Positions 42,447 to 53,452 of a DNA stretch of 64,000 bases are shown piece after piece. Numbering within the stretch: position 1 is the first letter of the stretch; each line of letters starts with the position of its first letter. The notes under the pieces were generated by a model that saw nothing but the letters and a program-made list of their open reading frames with translations, was not told the DNA's origin and searched no databases. The stretch spans positions 800,001-864,000 of the forward strand of contig CAWCRS010000003.1 in assembly GCA_963798085.1 (NCBI GenBank), in the 5' to 3' direction. This DNA is from an uncultured Gemmatimonadales bacterium (lineage in GTDB: Bacteria; Gemmatimonadota; Gemmatimonadetes; Longimicrobiales; RSA9). Position numbers and translations under genes: made by a program.

Positions 42447-43947
42447 TCACGTCTCGTGCAGCCTGCTCCGCCAGTACCCGTAGAACGAGTAGATCAGCAG
42501 ACCTGCCAGCAGCCAGATCACGAAGCGCCACCACGTGATGGCCGGCAGCTGCGCCATCAGGAAGGCGCAGGACAGCACCGCCGCGGGCGCGGTCACCCAC
42601 ACCAGCGGTGCGCGGAATGGCCGCACCCGGCCCGGCTCCGCCACGCGCAGGATCATCACGCCGATGGCCACCAGCACGAACGCGAACAGCGTCCCGATGT
42701 TCGTCAGCTCGATGACTTCGTTGATGTTCGCGAACGCGGCGAAGAACGCGACGAAAACACCCGTCAGGATCGTAGTGACGTACGGCGTGCGGTATTTCGG
42801 ATGGATCTTCGCGGCCCATTGCGGCAGCAGTCCGTCCCGTGCCATGGAGAAGAAATGCGCGGCTGCCCCAGCTGGAACACGAGCAGCACGGACGCCATGG
42901 CGATCACGGCACCCAGCGAGATCACACCCGCTGCCCAGCTGTAGCCGCGCGACTGGAACGCGGCCGCCAGCGGATCCGCCGTGCCCTGCTGATTCCATGG
43001 CACGAGCCCGGTCATGACCAGCGTCACCACCATGTAGATGACCGACGTGATGATCAGCGAGAGGATCATCGCGCGTGGCAGATCGCGTTGCGGCTTGCGA
43101 GCTTCCTCCGCCGCGGTCGACACCGCATCGAAACCGATGTACGCGAAGAAGATCAGCGCCGCGCCGGTCGCAATCCCGTGCCAGCCGTTGGGCGCGAACG
43201 GGTGCCAGTACTCGGGCTTCGACCCAGAACGCGCCGATGGCAATGAAGAAGCCGAGGATGAAGAGCTTCAGGATCACCATCGCGGTATTCGCCCACGCGC
43301 TCTCGCGAATCCCGATCACCAGCACCCACGTGATGGCCGCAACAATCAGGACTGCGGGCAGGTTGAAGATGATCGGCACGCCGAAGATGTGGGGCGCGGC
43401 CGTCCACGCGTTCGCAATTCCCCCGAGGCTCGCCGTCGTCGCCGGGTCCGCCTGCACGGCCTTGTACGCGTCGTACACGGTGCGATAATCGTTGGCCAGC
43501 CATTCAGGCAACCCCAGCCCGAATCCCCGCATCAGCGTCTGGAAATACGCAGCCCATGACACCGCCACCGCAATGTTGCCCACCGCGTATTCAATGATCA
43601 GGTCCCAGCCCAATGATCCAGGCGACCAGCTCGCCGAAGGAAGCATACGCATACGTATAGGCACTGCCCGCCTGCGGAATGATGGACGCGAATTCCGCGT
43701 AGCACAGCGCGGCGAAACCGCACGCCACCGCGACGAGGATGTAGGAGATCAGCAGAGCCGGGCCCGCGCCCGGATGATTCGGTCCGCCGGCCACCGCGGT
43801 GCCCGCACCGGAGAAAATGCCCGCGCCAATGATCGCGCCAATGCCCAGCGCCGTCAGTTGCCAGACGCCCAGCGCGCGGCGCAGGCCGCCACCCGCGGCC
43901 TCCGACTCCATGGACGTGATCGTCTTGCGCCGGAAGAGTTGGCTCAT
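42447..43947 (-). pseudogene. APC-family amino acid permease, about 3 frameshifts as assembled (probably sequencing errors)
   Basis: GIGAIIGAGIF, CYAEFAS.IP.AGSAY, FFAYIGFDAVSTAAEE, MARDGLLP, NIGTLFAF spread over different frames; shifts near 43610, 43220 and 42855. Confidence 0.9.
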
Positions 43948-44132
43948 GCGTCGCCCCTCGATCATGTGGTGGACGCGCTCCGCGCGGTCGCGCGCAAACG
44001 GCCGCTAATATGCCGCTGCCTTCCGCCACGGTAAAGCGCGAGTTGACACCGGGCCGGACCCGCGGGAAGTTGCCGGACCGCGCAATCACGCGCCATCGCC
44101 ATGGACGCTCCGTGCCACCGCCGCCCGATCGA

Positions 44133-44897
44133 ATGCCCGATTCCACCGACATCAGCGGGGCCTCGACCGCTTTCCCCGATACGCGCTTCTCGGTCGTGCG
44201 GGCCACGGGCAGCGACGACTCGCAGATCCGCGACACGGCATGGAGCACGCTGATCCGGTCCTACTGGCGGCCCGTCTACAAGTACATCCGCATCCAGTGG
44301 CGCGCCGACGAAGAGGCCGCACGCGACCTCACACAGGAATTCTTCACGCGCGCGCTCAATGCCGGCTTCTTCCAGCGCTTCGACCCGCAGCGTGCCCGCT
44401 TCCGCACCTGGCTGCGCGTGTGCCTGCACGGCTTTGTCGCCAACGAATTCAAGGCGGCCGCGCGCAAGAAGCGCGGCGGCGAGTACCGCATGCTGTCGCT
44501 CGATTTCGAAGATGCCGAGCAGGAGCTCCGGCACACGAGCCCGCGCGCGGACGAGGATCCCAATGAGTTCTTTCGCCGTGAATCCATCCGCAGCCTGTTC
44601 ACGGAGGCCGTGAGCGAATTGCGTACGCGCCTGCCCGCCGCCGGCAAGGCGACGCACCTCGTCCTGTTCGAGCGCTACGATCTGGCCAGCGACGAGTCCG
44701 CACGCCCCACGTACCAGATGCTGGCTGACGAACACGGCCTGCCCGTCACCCAGGTCACCAACTTTCTTGCGGCGGCGCGGCGGGAGTTCCGCCGCATCGT
44801 GCTCGACCGCCTGCGCCAGATCAGCGGCAGCGAGAGCGAGTTCCGCATCGAAGCCATCGAACTGCTGGGAATCGATCCCGCCAATGTGGCTCTCTGA
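44133..44897 (+). CDS. ECF-type RNA polymerase sigma factor (kinase-associated type)
   Basis: FPDTRFSVV N-terminus, YWRPVY.YIR, ARDLTQEFF, RFRTWL, KRGG, region-4 helix-turn-helix. Confidence 0.85.
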   Translation: MPDSTDISGASTAFPDTRFSVVRATGSDDSQIRDTAWSTLIRSYWRPVYKYIRIQWRADEEAARDLTQEFFTRALNAGFFQRFDPQRARFRTWLRVCLHGFVANEFKAAARKKRGGEYRMLSLDFEDAEQELRHTSPRADEDPNEFFRRESIRSLFTEAVSELRTRLPAAGKATHLVLFERYDLASDESARPTYQMLADEHGLPVTQVTNFLAAARREFRRIVLDRLRQISGSESEFRIEAIELLGIDPANVAL

Positions 44898-45897
44898 TCA
44901 GACCGTCGCGCACCTGCGTGCCGTCGCTGATGAGCCCGACCTCAGCGCCACGAAGTACCGCATCCTCGAGTGCATTGGCCGTGGCGGCATGGCCATTGTC
45001 TATCGCGCGCGTGACGTCGAGCTGGAACGCAATGTCGCCATCAAGGTGCTGCGCGCACCGGAACTCGACCCGGCGCTCGCTGCGCGCGTGCGCACGGAAG
45101 CCCGCATCCTGGCCGGCCTCGAGCATCCCGGCATCGTCCCCGTTCATGATGTCGGCACGCTGCCTGATGGGCGCGTCTGGTACGCCATGAAGCTGGTGCG
45201 CGGCGAGGAACTGGGCCGGCTGGCCGCCGGGCTCGACCTGAATGAACGCCTTCGCATCTTCCACCGCACTGCCGAGGCCGTCGCTTTCGCCCACGCACAC
45301 GGCGTGCTGCATCGCGACCTCAAGCCGGGCAATGTCATGGTGGGCGCATTCGGCGAAGTCCTGGTCATGGACTGGGGCATTGCCCGGCGCACGGCGGGTC
45401 CGGAGCCGCAACGGATTGCAGGCGACAATGCCCGTCGGGATCCGTCCGTCACGCATGACACCACTGTTAGCACGGTTGCCGACGAGACGGCGCACGGCAC
45501 GCGACTGGGCACGCCCGGGTCGATGGCGCCGGAACAGGAACAGGGAGACGTCGCCCGCATCAATGGACGCACCGACGTCTACGGCCTCGGCGCACTCCTC
45601 GGCTTTCTCGCGGGTGAGCGCGCCGACTCGCCCCCGCCGCTGCCCGTGCGCGCGCCCTCACGGCTGCGCGCGATTGCGGCGCACGCCACCGCGGCTTCGC
45701 CCGCGGATCGCTACGCCTCGGTCGAGCAAATGGCGGAAGACGTGCGCCGCTTCCAGGCGGGACTTCCCGTCCTCGCCTATCGCGAACGCCCCCATGAACG
45801 CGCCGCCCGCGTGTTCGCGAAATACCGCACGCCGATCCTGCTCGTGCTCACCTACCTGCTGATGCGCATCCTGCTGATCGCGTTCGCGCGCCCGTAA
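44884..45897 (+). CDS. Hanks-type Ser/Thr protein kinase with C-terminal TM anchor
   Basis: GRGGMA.VY, VAIK, HPGIVPVHD, HRDLKP.N, DWG, GTPGSMAPEQ, TDVYGLG; overlaps the sigma stop. Confidence 0.93.
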   Translation: MWLSDQTVAHLRAVADEPDLSATKYRILECIGRGGMAIVYRARDVELERNVAIKVLRAPELDPALAARVRTEARILAGLEHPGIVPVHDVGTLPDGRVWYAMKLVRGEELGRLAAGLDLNERLRIFHRTAEAVAFAHAHGVLHRDLKPGNVMVGAFGEVLVMDWGIARRTAGPEPQRIAGDNARRDPSVTHDTTVSTVADETAHGTRLGTPGSMAPEQEQGDVARINGRTDVYGLGALLGFLAGERADSPPPLPVRAPSRLRAIAAHATAASPADRYASVEQMAEDVRRFQAGLPVLAYRERPHERAARVFAKYRTPILLVLTYLLMRILLIAFARP

Positions 45898-45994
45898 TGA
45901 CCGGCCGGGCGTATGTTGAATGGAGCAGTGCAGGCCGACGCGCGCCCTGTGGCGCGGCGTCGCCCCGCTAACTCAATGTGAGGAGATCCTTGCC

Positions 45995-46363
45995 ATGAAC
46001 AAGCCTGTACTCGGTCTTCTGGCGGGCGGACTGCTGGGTATCCTGGACGGCCTCTCCGCGCTCGTGTCCGCACCCGAAGTGCGCGCCGGCATCGTCGGCA
46101 TTGTCGTCGGCTCGATGTGCAAGGGGCTGATCGCGGGAATCCTCATCGGCTTCTTCGCGCGCAAGGTCAATTCGCTGCCGCTCGGCATCGTTTTCGGCCT
46201 GCTCGTCGGCCTCGCCCTCGCGCTGCCCATCGCCATCATGCAGTCGAACACCAGCGGCCATAACTACTACTGGCACATCATGCTGCCCGGCGGGATGGTC
46301 GGTCTCATCGTGGGCTATGCGACACAACGATACGGCCGCATGCCCCTGGCCCGCAGCGCCTGA
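45995..46363 (+). CDS. Small four-helix Gly-rich membrane protein
   Basis: GAGGAG RBS; four hydrophobic segments (GLLAGGLLGILDG...PGGMVGLIVGYATQRY). Confidence 0.8.
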   Translation: MNKPVLGLLAGGLLGILDGLSALVSAPEVRAGIVGIVVGSMCKGLIAGILIGFFARKVNSLPLGIVFGLLVGLALALPIAIMQSNTSGHNYYWHIMLPGGMVGLIVGYATQRYGRMPLARSA

Positions 46364-46554
46364 GCGAAGCTGCCGCACCAACCCCGTCGCATCGGCTGCC
46401 AGTCAGGGACGCTGCAGGTTCGGCGCTGTAGCTCGCAGCCGCACGCTTCCGCAGCATCTGGTTCATGTGGAAGGCGGCATGGTTGCCGCCGTCCAAACCG
46501 CAGTCGAGATTGATGCGCGCACCTGCACGCAGCCGGGGAGGATCGTTCGGGACA

Positions 46555-47193
46555 ATGGCTACGGCCGCACGGATCAGTCGCCGGGGCTGGACAGGCGGGG
46601 TGCTCGTTTCGGCGATCGCCGTTTCCTGGATTCTCGTACTGGCCGGGCCCGATGGGATGGGGGTCGGGCCTGTGCTCTTCGTTGCGGCGTGGACCATCAT
46701 GATGGCCGCGATGATGCTGCCCTCCGCCGCGCCGCTCGTGCTGCTCTACCGGCGAGGCGCGTCTGCCCGCGACACCGGTATCCTCGTGCTTGGCTATCTC
46801 GCAGTCTGGGCCGCCGCGGGTCTGCCCGCGTACTTCGCTCAGCAGCGGATGCCCATGTCACTGTCGCCACTGGTGCTCGTCGTGGCCGGGATCTATCAGC
46901 TCACGCCCGCCAAGCAGGCCTGCCTGCGCAGGTGTCGCACACCGGCCGACTTCATCATGCAGCACTGGGGCCGCGGTCCGTTGCGTCTCGGCCTCGAGCA
47001 CGGCATCTGGTGTCTCGGATGCTGCTGGGCGCTCATGGCCGTGCTCGTGCTGGTCGGCATGATGGGAGTTGCCTGGGTCGCCGGCCTGGCCGCGCTCGTG
47101 GCAGTGGAAAAACTCGCACCGCACGGCGTCCTGCTCGCTCGTCTCGCCGGCGCGGCCATGCTGGTAGCAGCCATCATCCAGGGGGTCAGGTGA
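46555..47193 (+). CDS. DUF2182 predicted metal-binding integral membrane protein
   Basis: W..MMAAMMLPS..P, GYL.VW, YQLTP.K.ACL..CR.P, G..CLGCCWALM, EK. Confidence 0.9.
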   Translation: MATAARISRRGWTGGVLVSAIAVSWILVLAGPDGMGVGPVLFVAAWTIMMAAMMLPSAAPLVLLYRRGASARDTGILVLGYLAVWAAAGLPAYFAQQRMPMSLSPLVLVVAGIYQLTPAKQACLRRCRTPADFIMQHWGRGPLRLGLEHGIWCLGCCWALMAVLVLVGMMGVAWVAGLAALVAVEKLAPHGVLLARLAGAAMLVAAIIQGVR

Positions 47194-47789
47194 GCGACTG
47201 GAATCTCGCGGGCAGAATCGTCATTGCCTGCAATTGCGACTGGGGCTGTCCCTGCAACTTCAACGCGCGGCCCAGCCGCGGCAAATGCGAGGGCGGCTGG
47301 ATCTGGGCCATCGAGAAGGGACACTTCGACACGGCCCGCCTCGATGGCCTCGGCATTGCCCTCTTCGCCGACTGGCCCGGCGCCATTCACGAAGGTGGCG
47401 GCCGCGCCATCGGCTACTTCAATGCGCGCGCCGACGTGGCGCAGCGCGCGGCCCTGACACAGCTGTTGAAGGGCGAGGCGGGCGGTCCCTGGGGCATTTT
47501 CAGGAACACCTACCAGCTGGCGACGCCAGAACCTGCGGACTTCCAGCTCGAGCTGGCCGAATACGACTCTCGCCTGCGTATCGGCGAGGCCGTCGACCTG
47601 CAGCTCCAGACCATGCGCAACCCGGTGACAAAGGCGGAGGTGCATCCCGAAATGGTCCTGCCGGAGGGGCTCGTCGTCAAGCGCGGCAAGCTCGCCGCGT
47701 CACGCGTCTTCCAGGTGCGCGGCGGTGTCCGGTACGACCACTCCGGACAGTACGCCGCGTTCGGACCGTTCGCGTACGCTTCGGCCTGA
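47190..47789 (+). CDS. DUF1326 domain protein
   Basis: W.L.G....ACNCD.GCPC.F...P..G.CEG, PG..HEGG; GTGA overlap with DUF2182. Confidence 0.9.
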   Translation: MSDWNLAGRIVIACNCDWGCPCNFNARPSRGKCEGGWIWAIEKGHFDTARLDGLGIALFADWPGAIHEGGGRAIGYFNARADVAQRAALTQLLKGEAGGPWGIFRNTYQLATPEPADFQLELAEYDSRLRIGEAVDLQLQTMRNPVTKAEVHPEMVLPEGLVVKRGKLAASRVFQVRGGVRYDHSGQYAAFGPFAYASA

Positions 47790-47821
47790 CAGCCAGGGGC
47801 GGGTTGGCGCCTGGCAGCGCG

Positions 47822-49147
47822 TCAGCGCTGCCGCCTGTACAACCCGCCCGCCACACCCAGATGCAGCGGCATGGCTAACGCGATGATAGGGCCGTTCACC
47901 TGGTTCATCCAGGGCAGCGCCTGCAGCGCCCAGCCCAGCACGGAGAGTACGGCGACGGCCAGCGCCGTCAGGTAGGCGCCGCGCAGACGCCGGCCGCGCG
48001 CGGCCAGGATCAGCATCACGAACAGGACCAGGGACAGCACGCTCACCTGGAACACATTCTCGTTCTGGTACGCCGCGACGTGGTCGGTGAAAACCCAGAG
48101 GAACACCAGGATCGCGCCGAACAACCCCGCCACCAGCGACCAGACCATGGTCAGCGCGTAGAACAGCACGTTAGCCAGGCGCCGGCGCGAAAGCGTGCCC
48201 GCCAGCAGCAGCAGTCCCCCCAGCGCCGCGCCCGCCAGGCCGTACCACACCGTCCACTGCGGCGGCTGTTCGCGCTCGGGCGGACGCTGTGCGCGGAACA
48301 CCTCCACCTTCATACGCACCAGCGGCTGCAGCTGCCCATCCGCCCCCGGCACCCGCACCGAATCCAGGCTCTCCATCAGCTGCACGGGCAGAAATCCCGT
48401 CTGCCACGCATCGATCGGCTGGTCCACGAACGGGCCCAGCCCCAGCATGAGTCCGGTGTACGCCGGCAGCACATCGGCGGACAGTCGCGACGTGTGGAAC
48501 CGGTACGTCGTGCCCGTCGCCCGCCCCGCCAGCGCGCGCCGGATGGCGCCGCCCAGCACCCGGTCCAGCGCATCCCGCACGCGCGTCGAGCAGTTGTCGC
48601 GGTAGTAGTCGTACGGATAGAACTTGTTCGCCTCGCGCGCGTTCCACACCAGAAAATCCGCCAGCTGCAGCTTCTGCTGCAGCGTGAGATTCAGTTCCTG
48701 CAGCCACACCGAGCGGTTGGCTTCCTTGTAGTAGTTGATCAGGCGCACGCCATCGAAGCCCTCCATCCAGTACAGCATGTGTCCCCGGATGAAACGTTTC
48801 AGGAAATCCTGCTGCTTGAAATCGAACATCCCGTAGTTGTATGCGATGTCGATCGGGCGCCCCGCCGCAATCTCCAGTCCTCCTGCTCCCTGCAGCGCGG
48901 CCAGCGTATCGCCCGCGGGCAGGGTGCCGCGCACCCAGATGGCGCTGTGTCCGAACTTCTCCCAGATCTCGTCGCCCTGACCGATCGTCATGAGAAACAC
49001 GCGCAGCCCGGTATCCGCCTGCGTCGCGGACGGTGACTGCGCCGGCGTTGCCTGCACGCGTGCAGACGACGCGGACCCGGGCAGCGTCCTCGCCTGCAAC
49101 AAGCCCAGACACAGGGTCGCGATCCTGGCTGCGTGCACGCGGCGCAT
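47822..49147 (-). CDS. DUF4105 membrane protein (Lnb lipoprotein N-acyltransferase-like)
   Basis: G.GDEIWE.FGHSAIWV, YNYG.FDF, Y.YDYY.DNCSTRVRD, FLP, FTDH...Y.NEN, C-terminal TM helices. Confidence 0.82.
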   Translation of the reverse strand: MRRVHAARIATLCLGLLQARTLPGSASSARVQATPAQSPSATQADTGLRVFLMTIGQGDEIWEKFGHSAIWVRGTLPAGDTLAALQGAGGLEIAAGRPIDIAYNYGMFDFKQQDFLKRFIRGHMLYWMEGFDGVRLINYYKEANRSVWLQELNLTLQQKLQLADFLVWNAREANKFYPYDYYRDNCSTRVRDALDRVLGGAIRRALAGRATGTTYRFHTSRLSADVLPAYTGLMLGLGPFVDQPIDAWQTGFLPVQLMESLDSVRVPGADGQLQPLVRMKVEVFRAQRPPEREQPPQWTVWYGLAGAALGGLLLLAGTLSRRRLANVLFYALTMVWSLVAGLFGAILVFLWVFTDHVAAYQNENVFQVSVLSLVLFVMLILAARGRRLRGAYLTALAVAVLSVLGWALQALPWMNQVNGPIIALAMPLHLGVAGGLYRRQR

Positions 49148-49154
49148 CAGGCGC

Positions 49155-50558
49155 TCACCGGCCCGCCATCTCGCGCGGCAGCGCGTCCGCCATGTCCGCC
49201 ACCACATAGGCCAGGATCGCCATGGCCGCGGTGCACTGCGCCATCTCGCGCGGGTCCAGCTTGTCGATCGTGTCCGCATTCGTGTGGTGGTACCAGAAAT
49301 ACCGCACATCATCCACCTGCAGACCCGCGCCCGGCACGCCCAGCGCCATCATGGGACCGATGTCGGCGCCGCCACCGCCGCGCGTGATCGCGCCCGCACC
49401 CACGCGCTCCAGCACCTTGCCCACCTGCTCCATTACCGCGAACGCCGCGTCACTTCCCGTGAAGCCGAAGCCCGTGGGCCGGAACACGCCGTCATCGGAT
49501 TCCACCGCAAGCACGTGTTTACCGAGCTCGGTCTGGTGCGCGTCACGGTACCCTTCACCGCCGCGTGTGCCGTTCTCCTCGTTGGTCCAGAGCACCGCGC
49601 GAATGGTGCGCCGCGGGTGCAGGCCCAGCACCTGGATCAGTCGCACGGCTTCCCACGCCGCCACCGCGCCACCGCCATCGTCCATCGCGCCCTGGCCCAC
49701 ATCCCAGGAATCGATGTGCCCGCTCAGAATCACCACCTCATCCGGCTTCTCCCGGCCCGTCACTTCCGCCATGACATTGCGCGAGTGCGCATCGGGCAGT
49801 GTGCGTGCGCTCATCTTCAGCTTCACCACCACGCGCTCGCCGCGGTCCTGCATACGGTGCAGCATCATGGCGTCTTCGACCGTGATCGCGGCCGTCGGGA
49901 TGCGCGCCACGCCCTCTTCGTAGTGCATCACGCCCGTGTGCGGGGTGCGCTGCGAGCTGGGCGTCACCGAACGCACCAGCGCGGCCACCGCCCCCAGCTT
50001 TGCCGCCGCTGACGCGCCGTTAGTGCGGTACTGCACGGTCTCGCCGTAACTCGTGAAGGGCGCGTCGTACAGCACGATGCGCCCCTTCGCCCGGGCCGCA
50101 TTCGCCGTGAGATCATCGAAGCTGCTCACCACCAGCACGTCCGCCGTGATGCCCTCCGCCGGCGTCGCGATGCTGCCGCCCAGACCCAGCATGGGCAGCG
50201 CCATGGGCCGCGGCGCCACCAGCTCGGCCGACTCATCGCCCCGCACCCAGTGCGGCACCATGACTGGCTCGGCGTGCACGTTCTGCAGCCCGTCGCCCTT
50301 CATCTGCTCGAGAACCCAGTCCAGCGTGCGCTCCAGGCTCTCCGAGCCGCTCAACCGGTTCCCGAACCGGTCCACCAGCAGCGTGAGCCGCTTGTACGCC
50401 GCACTGTCCGCCAGCGCGGCCTTGATCAGCTGGTCCGCTGCACCGCCGTACGTCGCCGTGAGGGCGCCGCCCTGCGCGACGCCAGCCAGCGGGAGCGCGG
50501 CCGTGAGCAGCACGGCCGTCAGGGTCGCGCGCAGCCGCGCGCCAGTCTCGAATGGCAT
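49155..50558 (-). CDS. M28 metallopeptidase (carboxypeptidase Q/PGCP-like) with PA domain
   Basis: G.RLSGS, PHW.RG, PHTG, GHIDSWDVGQGAMDDGGG, NEENG, ESD.G, YFWYHHT.ADT. Confidence 0.93.
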   Translation of the reverse strand: MPFETGARLRATLTAVLLTAALPLAGVAQGGALTATYGGAADQLIKAALADSAAYKRLTLLVDRFGNRLSGSESLERTLDWVLEQMKGDGLQNVHAEPVMVPHWVRGDESAELVAPRPMALPMLGLGGSIATPAEGITADVLVVSSFDDLTANAARAKGRIVLYDAPFTSYGETVQYRTNGASAAAKLGAVAALVRSVTPSSQRTPHTGVMHYEEGVARIPTAAITVEDAMMLHRMQDRGERVVVKLKMSARTLPDAHSRNVMAEVTGREKPDEVVILSGHIDSWDVGQGAMDDGGGAVAAWEAVRLIQVLGLHPRRTIRAVLWTNEENGTRGGEGYRDAHQTELGKHVLAVESDDGVFRPTGFGFTGSDAAFAVMEQVGKVLERVGAGAITRGGGGADIGPMMALGVPGAGLQVDDVRYFWYHHTNADTIDKLDPREMAQCTAAMAILAYVVADMADALPREMAGR

Positions 50559-50619
50559 GATTCCGGTTTCGTAAGGTTGAGTTAGAAGGCAGGCCGCGGC
50601 CAGACCCGCGACGCCCGCG

Positions 50620-51072
50620 CTACTTCGGGTGACTCAGCGAATACACGTAGCGCGCCACCGTCTGGATTTCCGCGTCCGTCAGCTGCGCCCCGCCCATGGC
50701 CGGCATGGGCGTGCTGTGCTCCTTCTGCTTCGGCCTGGCCACGCCCGTCCTGATCGTCTTCTCGATCGCCGCCAGCGAGCCATCGATGTTCAGCCACGTC
50801 GTGTCCGTCAGATCCGGCGCCAGCGGTGTCCCCTTCGCGTCCGGTCCGTGACACACATAGCAGTTACCCTTGCCCGTGAATATCGCCTTCCCCGGCGTGT
50901 CCTGCGCCGCACCGGAGGCGCAACCCGCGCTGAAGGCCGCCGCATTGGTCGCTGACGGATTGCAGGCGACGACAGCTCTTCCATCCGCCGGCCTGGCCGC
51001 CGGCGCTTTCGCTGCGACAGCCGGCAGACCCGCGGCCAGCACTGCGCCACACCATGTGATTCGCTTGAGCAT
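50620..51072 (-). CDS. Class I cytochrome c
   Basis: Signal peptide, CYVCH heme motif, APDLTD..W, MPA axial Met, LTD.EI..V..YV. Confidence 0.9.
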   Translation of the reverse strand: MLKRITWCGAVLAAGLPAVAAKAPAARPADGRAVVACNPSATNAAAFSAGCASGAAQDTPGKAIFTGKGNCYVCHGPDAKGTPLAPDLTDTTWLNIDGSLAAIEKTIRTGVARPKQKEHSTPMPAMGGAQLTDAEIQTVARYVYSLSHPK

Positions 51073-51459
51073 GCTGTTATCCACCATCCCTGAAGTTGTG
51101 TTGCGACCCGGTGCCCCCGCCAGAAGAGCGTCCATGAAACCACCCCCGTGCCCGGCCGGTTCCGCGGTCGGCCGCCGCGGAGGCGACGATTCTCAGTGCT
51201 GTCCTCATCCAGCGCGGCCTGCGGCTTCGCTCGCGGCGCTGCAACGTCCGCCGCACGTGACGAGGATCCGGCTGCGCATCTCGCATCAACGTTCAGCCTG
51301 CCTTGCCCGGGACCGTGCGACCGGCCACATTGGCCATAACAGTCTGCGTGATGCGGCGCGCCCGACCACCGCTGCCAGAACAGGGCCACCTCGCACACGT
51401 TTGCCCACCGCAGGCCGCCGGCGACGCACTCCATGTCGCGTGCGGCCGGGAGTTGTCCC

Positions 51460-53169
51460 TTGAATCGCCTCCTCCGCTCCGCCTGCGTTGCCCTGTGCCT
51501 CGCCAGCCTCGCCTGCGAGCCCGGCCGCCATTACAGCGTCGTGCTGCGCCACGCCACCATCTACGACGGCTCCGGTGGCACGCCCTTCAGCGGCGACCTC
51601 GCCATTGCCGGCGACACCATCGCCGCCATCGGCGACGTCGGCCGCGCAACCATTGACCAGGAAATCGACGCTACCGGCCTCGCCGTCGCGCCCGGTTTCG
51701 TGAACATGCTGAGCTGGGCGAATGAATCGCTCATCGCGGATGGCCGTTCCATGAGCGACATCCTCCAGGGCGTCACCCTCGAAGTCATGGGCGAGGGTGA
51801 TTCCGATGGGGCCGCTGGAACGACGAGATGAAGAAGATCCAGAAAGAACAGCAGTCCGACATCAAGTACGACATCGAGTGGACGACGCTGGGCGAGTACC
51901 TCGAACTGGATCACGAAACAAGGGCATTGCCACCAACATCGCTTCGTTCGTCGGCGCCACCACCGTGCGCGAGCCACGAGCTGGGCTATGCGGATCGCCC
52001 GCCCACGGCCGAGGAGCTGGAGCGCATGCAGGCGCTCGTGCGCCGGGCCATGGAGGAGGGCGCGCTGGGCGTCGGCTCCGCCCTCATCTACGCGCCCGCC
52101 TTCTACGCGAAGACCGACGAGCTGGTGGCGCTGTGCGCAGGAAGCCGGGCAGCTACGGCGGCATGTACATCTCGCACATGCGCAGCGAGGGCAACACGCT
52201 GTTCGAAGCCGTCGACGAGCTGATCGGCATCGCGCAGTGCCGCGCACGTGCCCGCCGAGATCTACCACCTCAAGGCGGCGGGCAAGGCGAACTGGCCGAA
52301 GCTCGAACGTGTGATCGCCAGGGTCGACTCCGCGCGCGAGCGCGGCCTGCACATCACGGCCGACATGTACACGTACACGGCCGGCGCGACCGGGCTGGAT
52401 GCGGCGATGCCGCCCTGGGTGCAGGAAGGCGGCCTGCAGCGAATGGATCCGTCGGATGAAGGACCCGGCAGTGCGCGCGCGCGTCGCTCGCGAGATGCGC
52501 ACCCCCACCGACGCATGGGAAAGCCTGCTGCTGCTGGCCGGCTCACCGGACAAGGTGCTGCTCGTCGCGTTCAAGCAGGACTCGCTCAAGCACGCTCACC
52601 GGCAAGACGCTCGCCGAGGTGGCCAGGCTGCGCGGCACAAGTCGTCGAGGAAACCGCCATGGATCTCGTGATCGCTGGACAACAGCCGCGTCGGCACGGT
52701 CTACTTCCTCATGTCGGAAGACAACGTGAAGAAGCAGATCGCGCTGCCCTGGGTCAGCTTCGCTTCGGATGAAGCGTCGCCTGCCACCGAGGGCGTGTTC
52801 CTCAAGTCCAACCCGCATCCGCGCGCCTACGGCAATGTGGCCAGGCTGCTCGGCAAATACGTCCGCGAAGAGAAGGTCATCCCGCTGGAGGAGGCCATCC
52901 GCCGGCTCACGTCGCTGCCCGCGGCCAATTTGAAGCTGCGCCGCCGCGGCACCCTGACACCCGGTTACTTCGCGGACATCGTCGCCTTTCGCGCCGATTC
53001 CATCATGGACCACGCCACGTACGACAAGCCGCACCAGTACGCCACCGGCGTCGTCGACGTGTTCGTCAACGGCGTGCAGGTCGTAAAGGATGGGCAGCAC
53101 ACCGGCGCCACTCCCGGCCGCGTCGTGCGCGGCCCCGGCTGGACCGGCTGGAAGCAGGGCGGACGCTGA
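51460..53169 (+). pseudogene. N-acyl-D-amino-acid deacylase (amidohydrolase), many frameshifts as assembled
   Basis: IYDGSG, DATGL.VAPGF, AMEEGALG, YISHMRSEG, EIYHLK, ADMYTYTA, HPRAYG, LEEAIR.LT..PA, V.VNG across frames. Confidence 0.88.
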
Positions 53170-53452
53170 TTCCTAACTGCGTGTCAGATGGATCGGGTGT
53201 GGCGGGAGCGCCCGCCTTGCGCGCGCGCAGCCGGCAGGAACAGATCGTTGCCGTGACGTTTCCTGATTGCGACCCGCAGGTGAGATTCGGCCGCGCCGTA
53301 GAAAACTCGGCCTGAAGCTGTTATCTTGTGTTATTGCAGCTGATGTCAAGCGGACCTGTCCCCGGGACAGTCTGAAATCGCGCAGGCCTGCCGTACTGCT
53401 TTTCGCGCTTCAGTCCGGCATTGGCGCCACTCGCGACTGTCAGGGGTGAACC

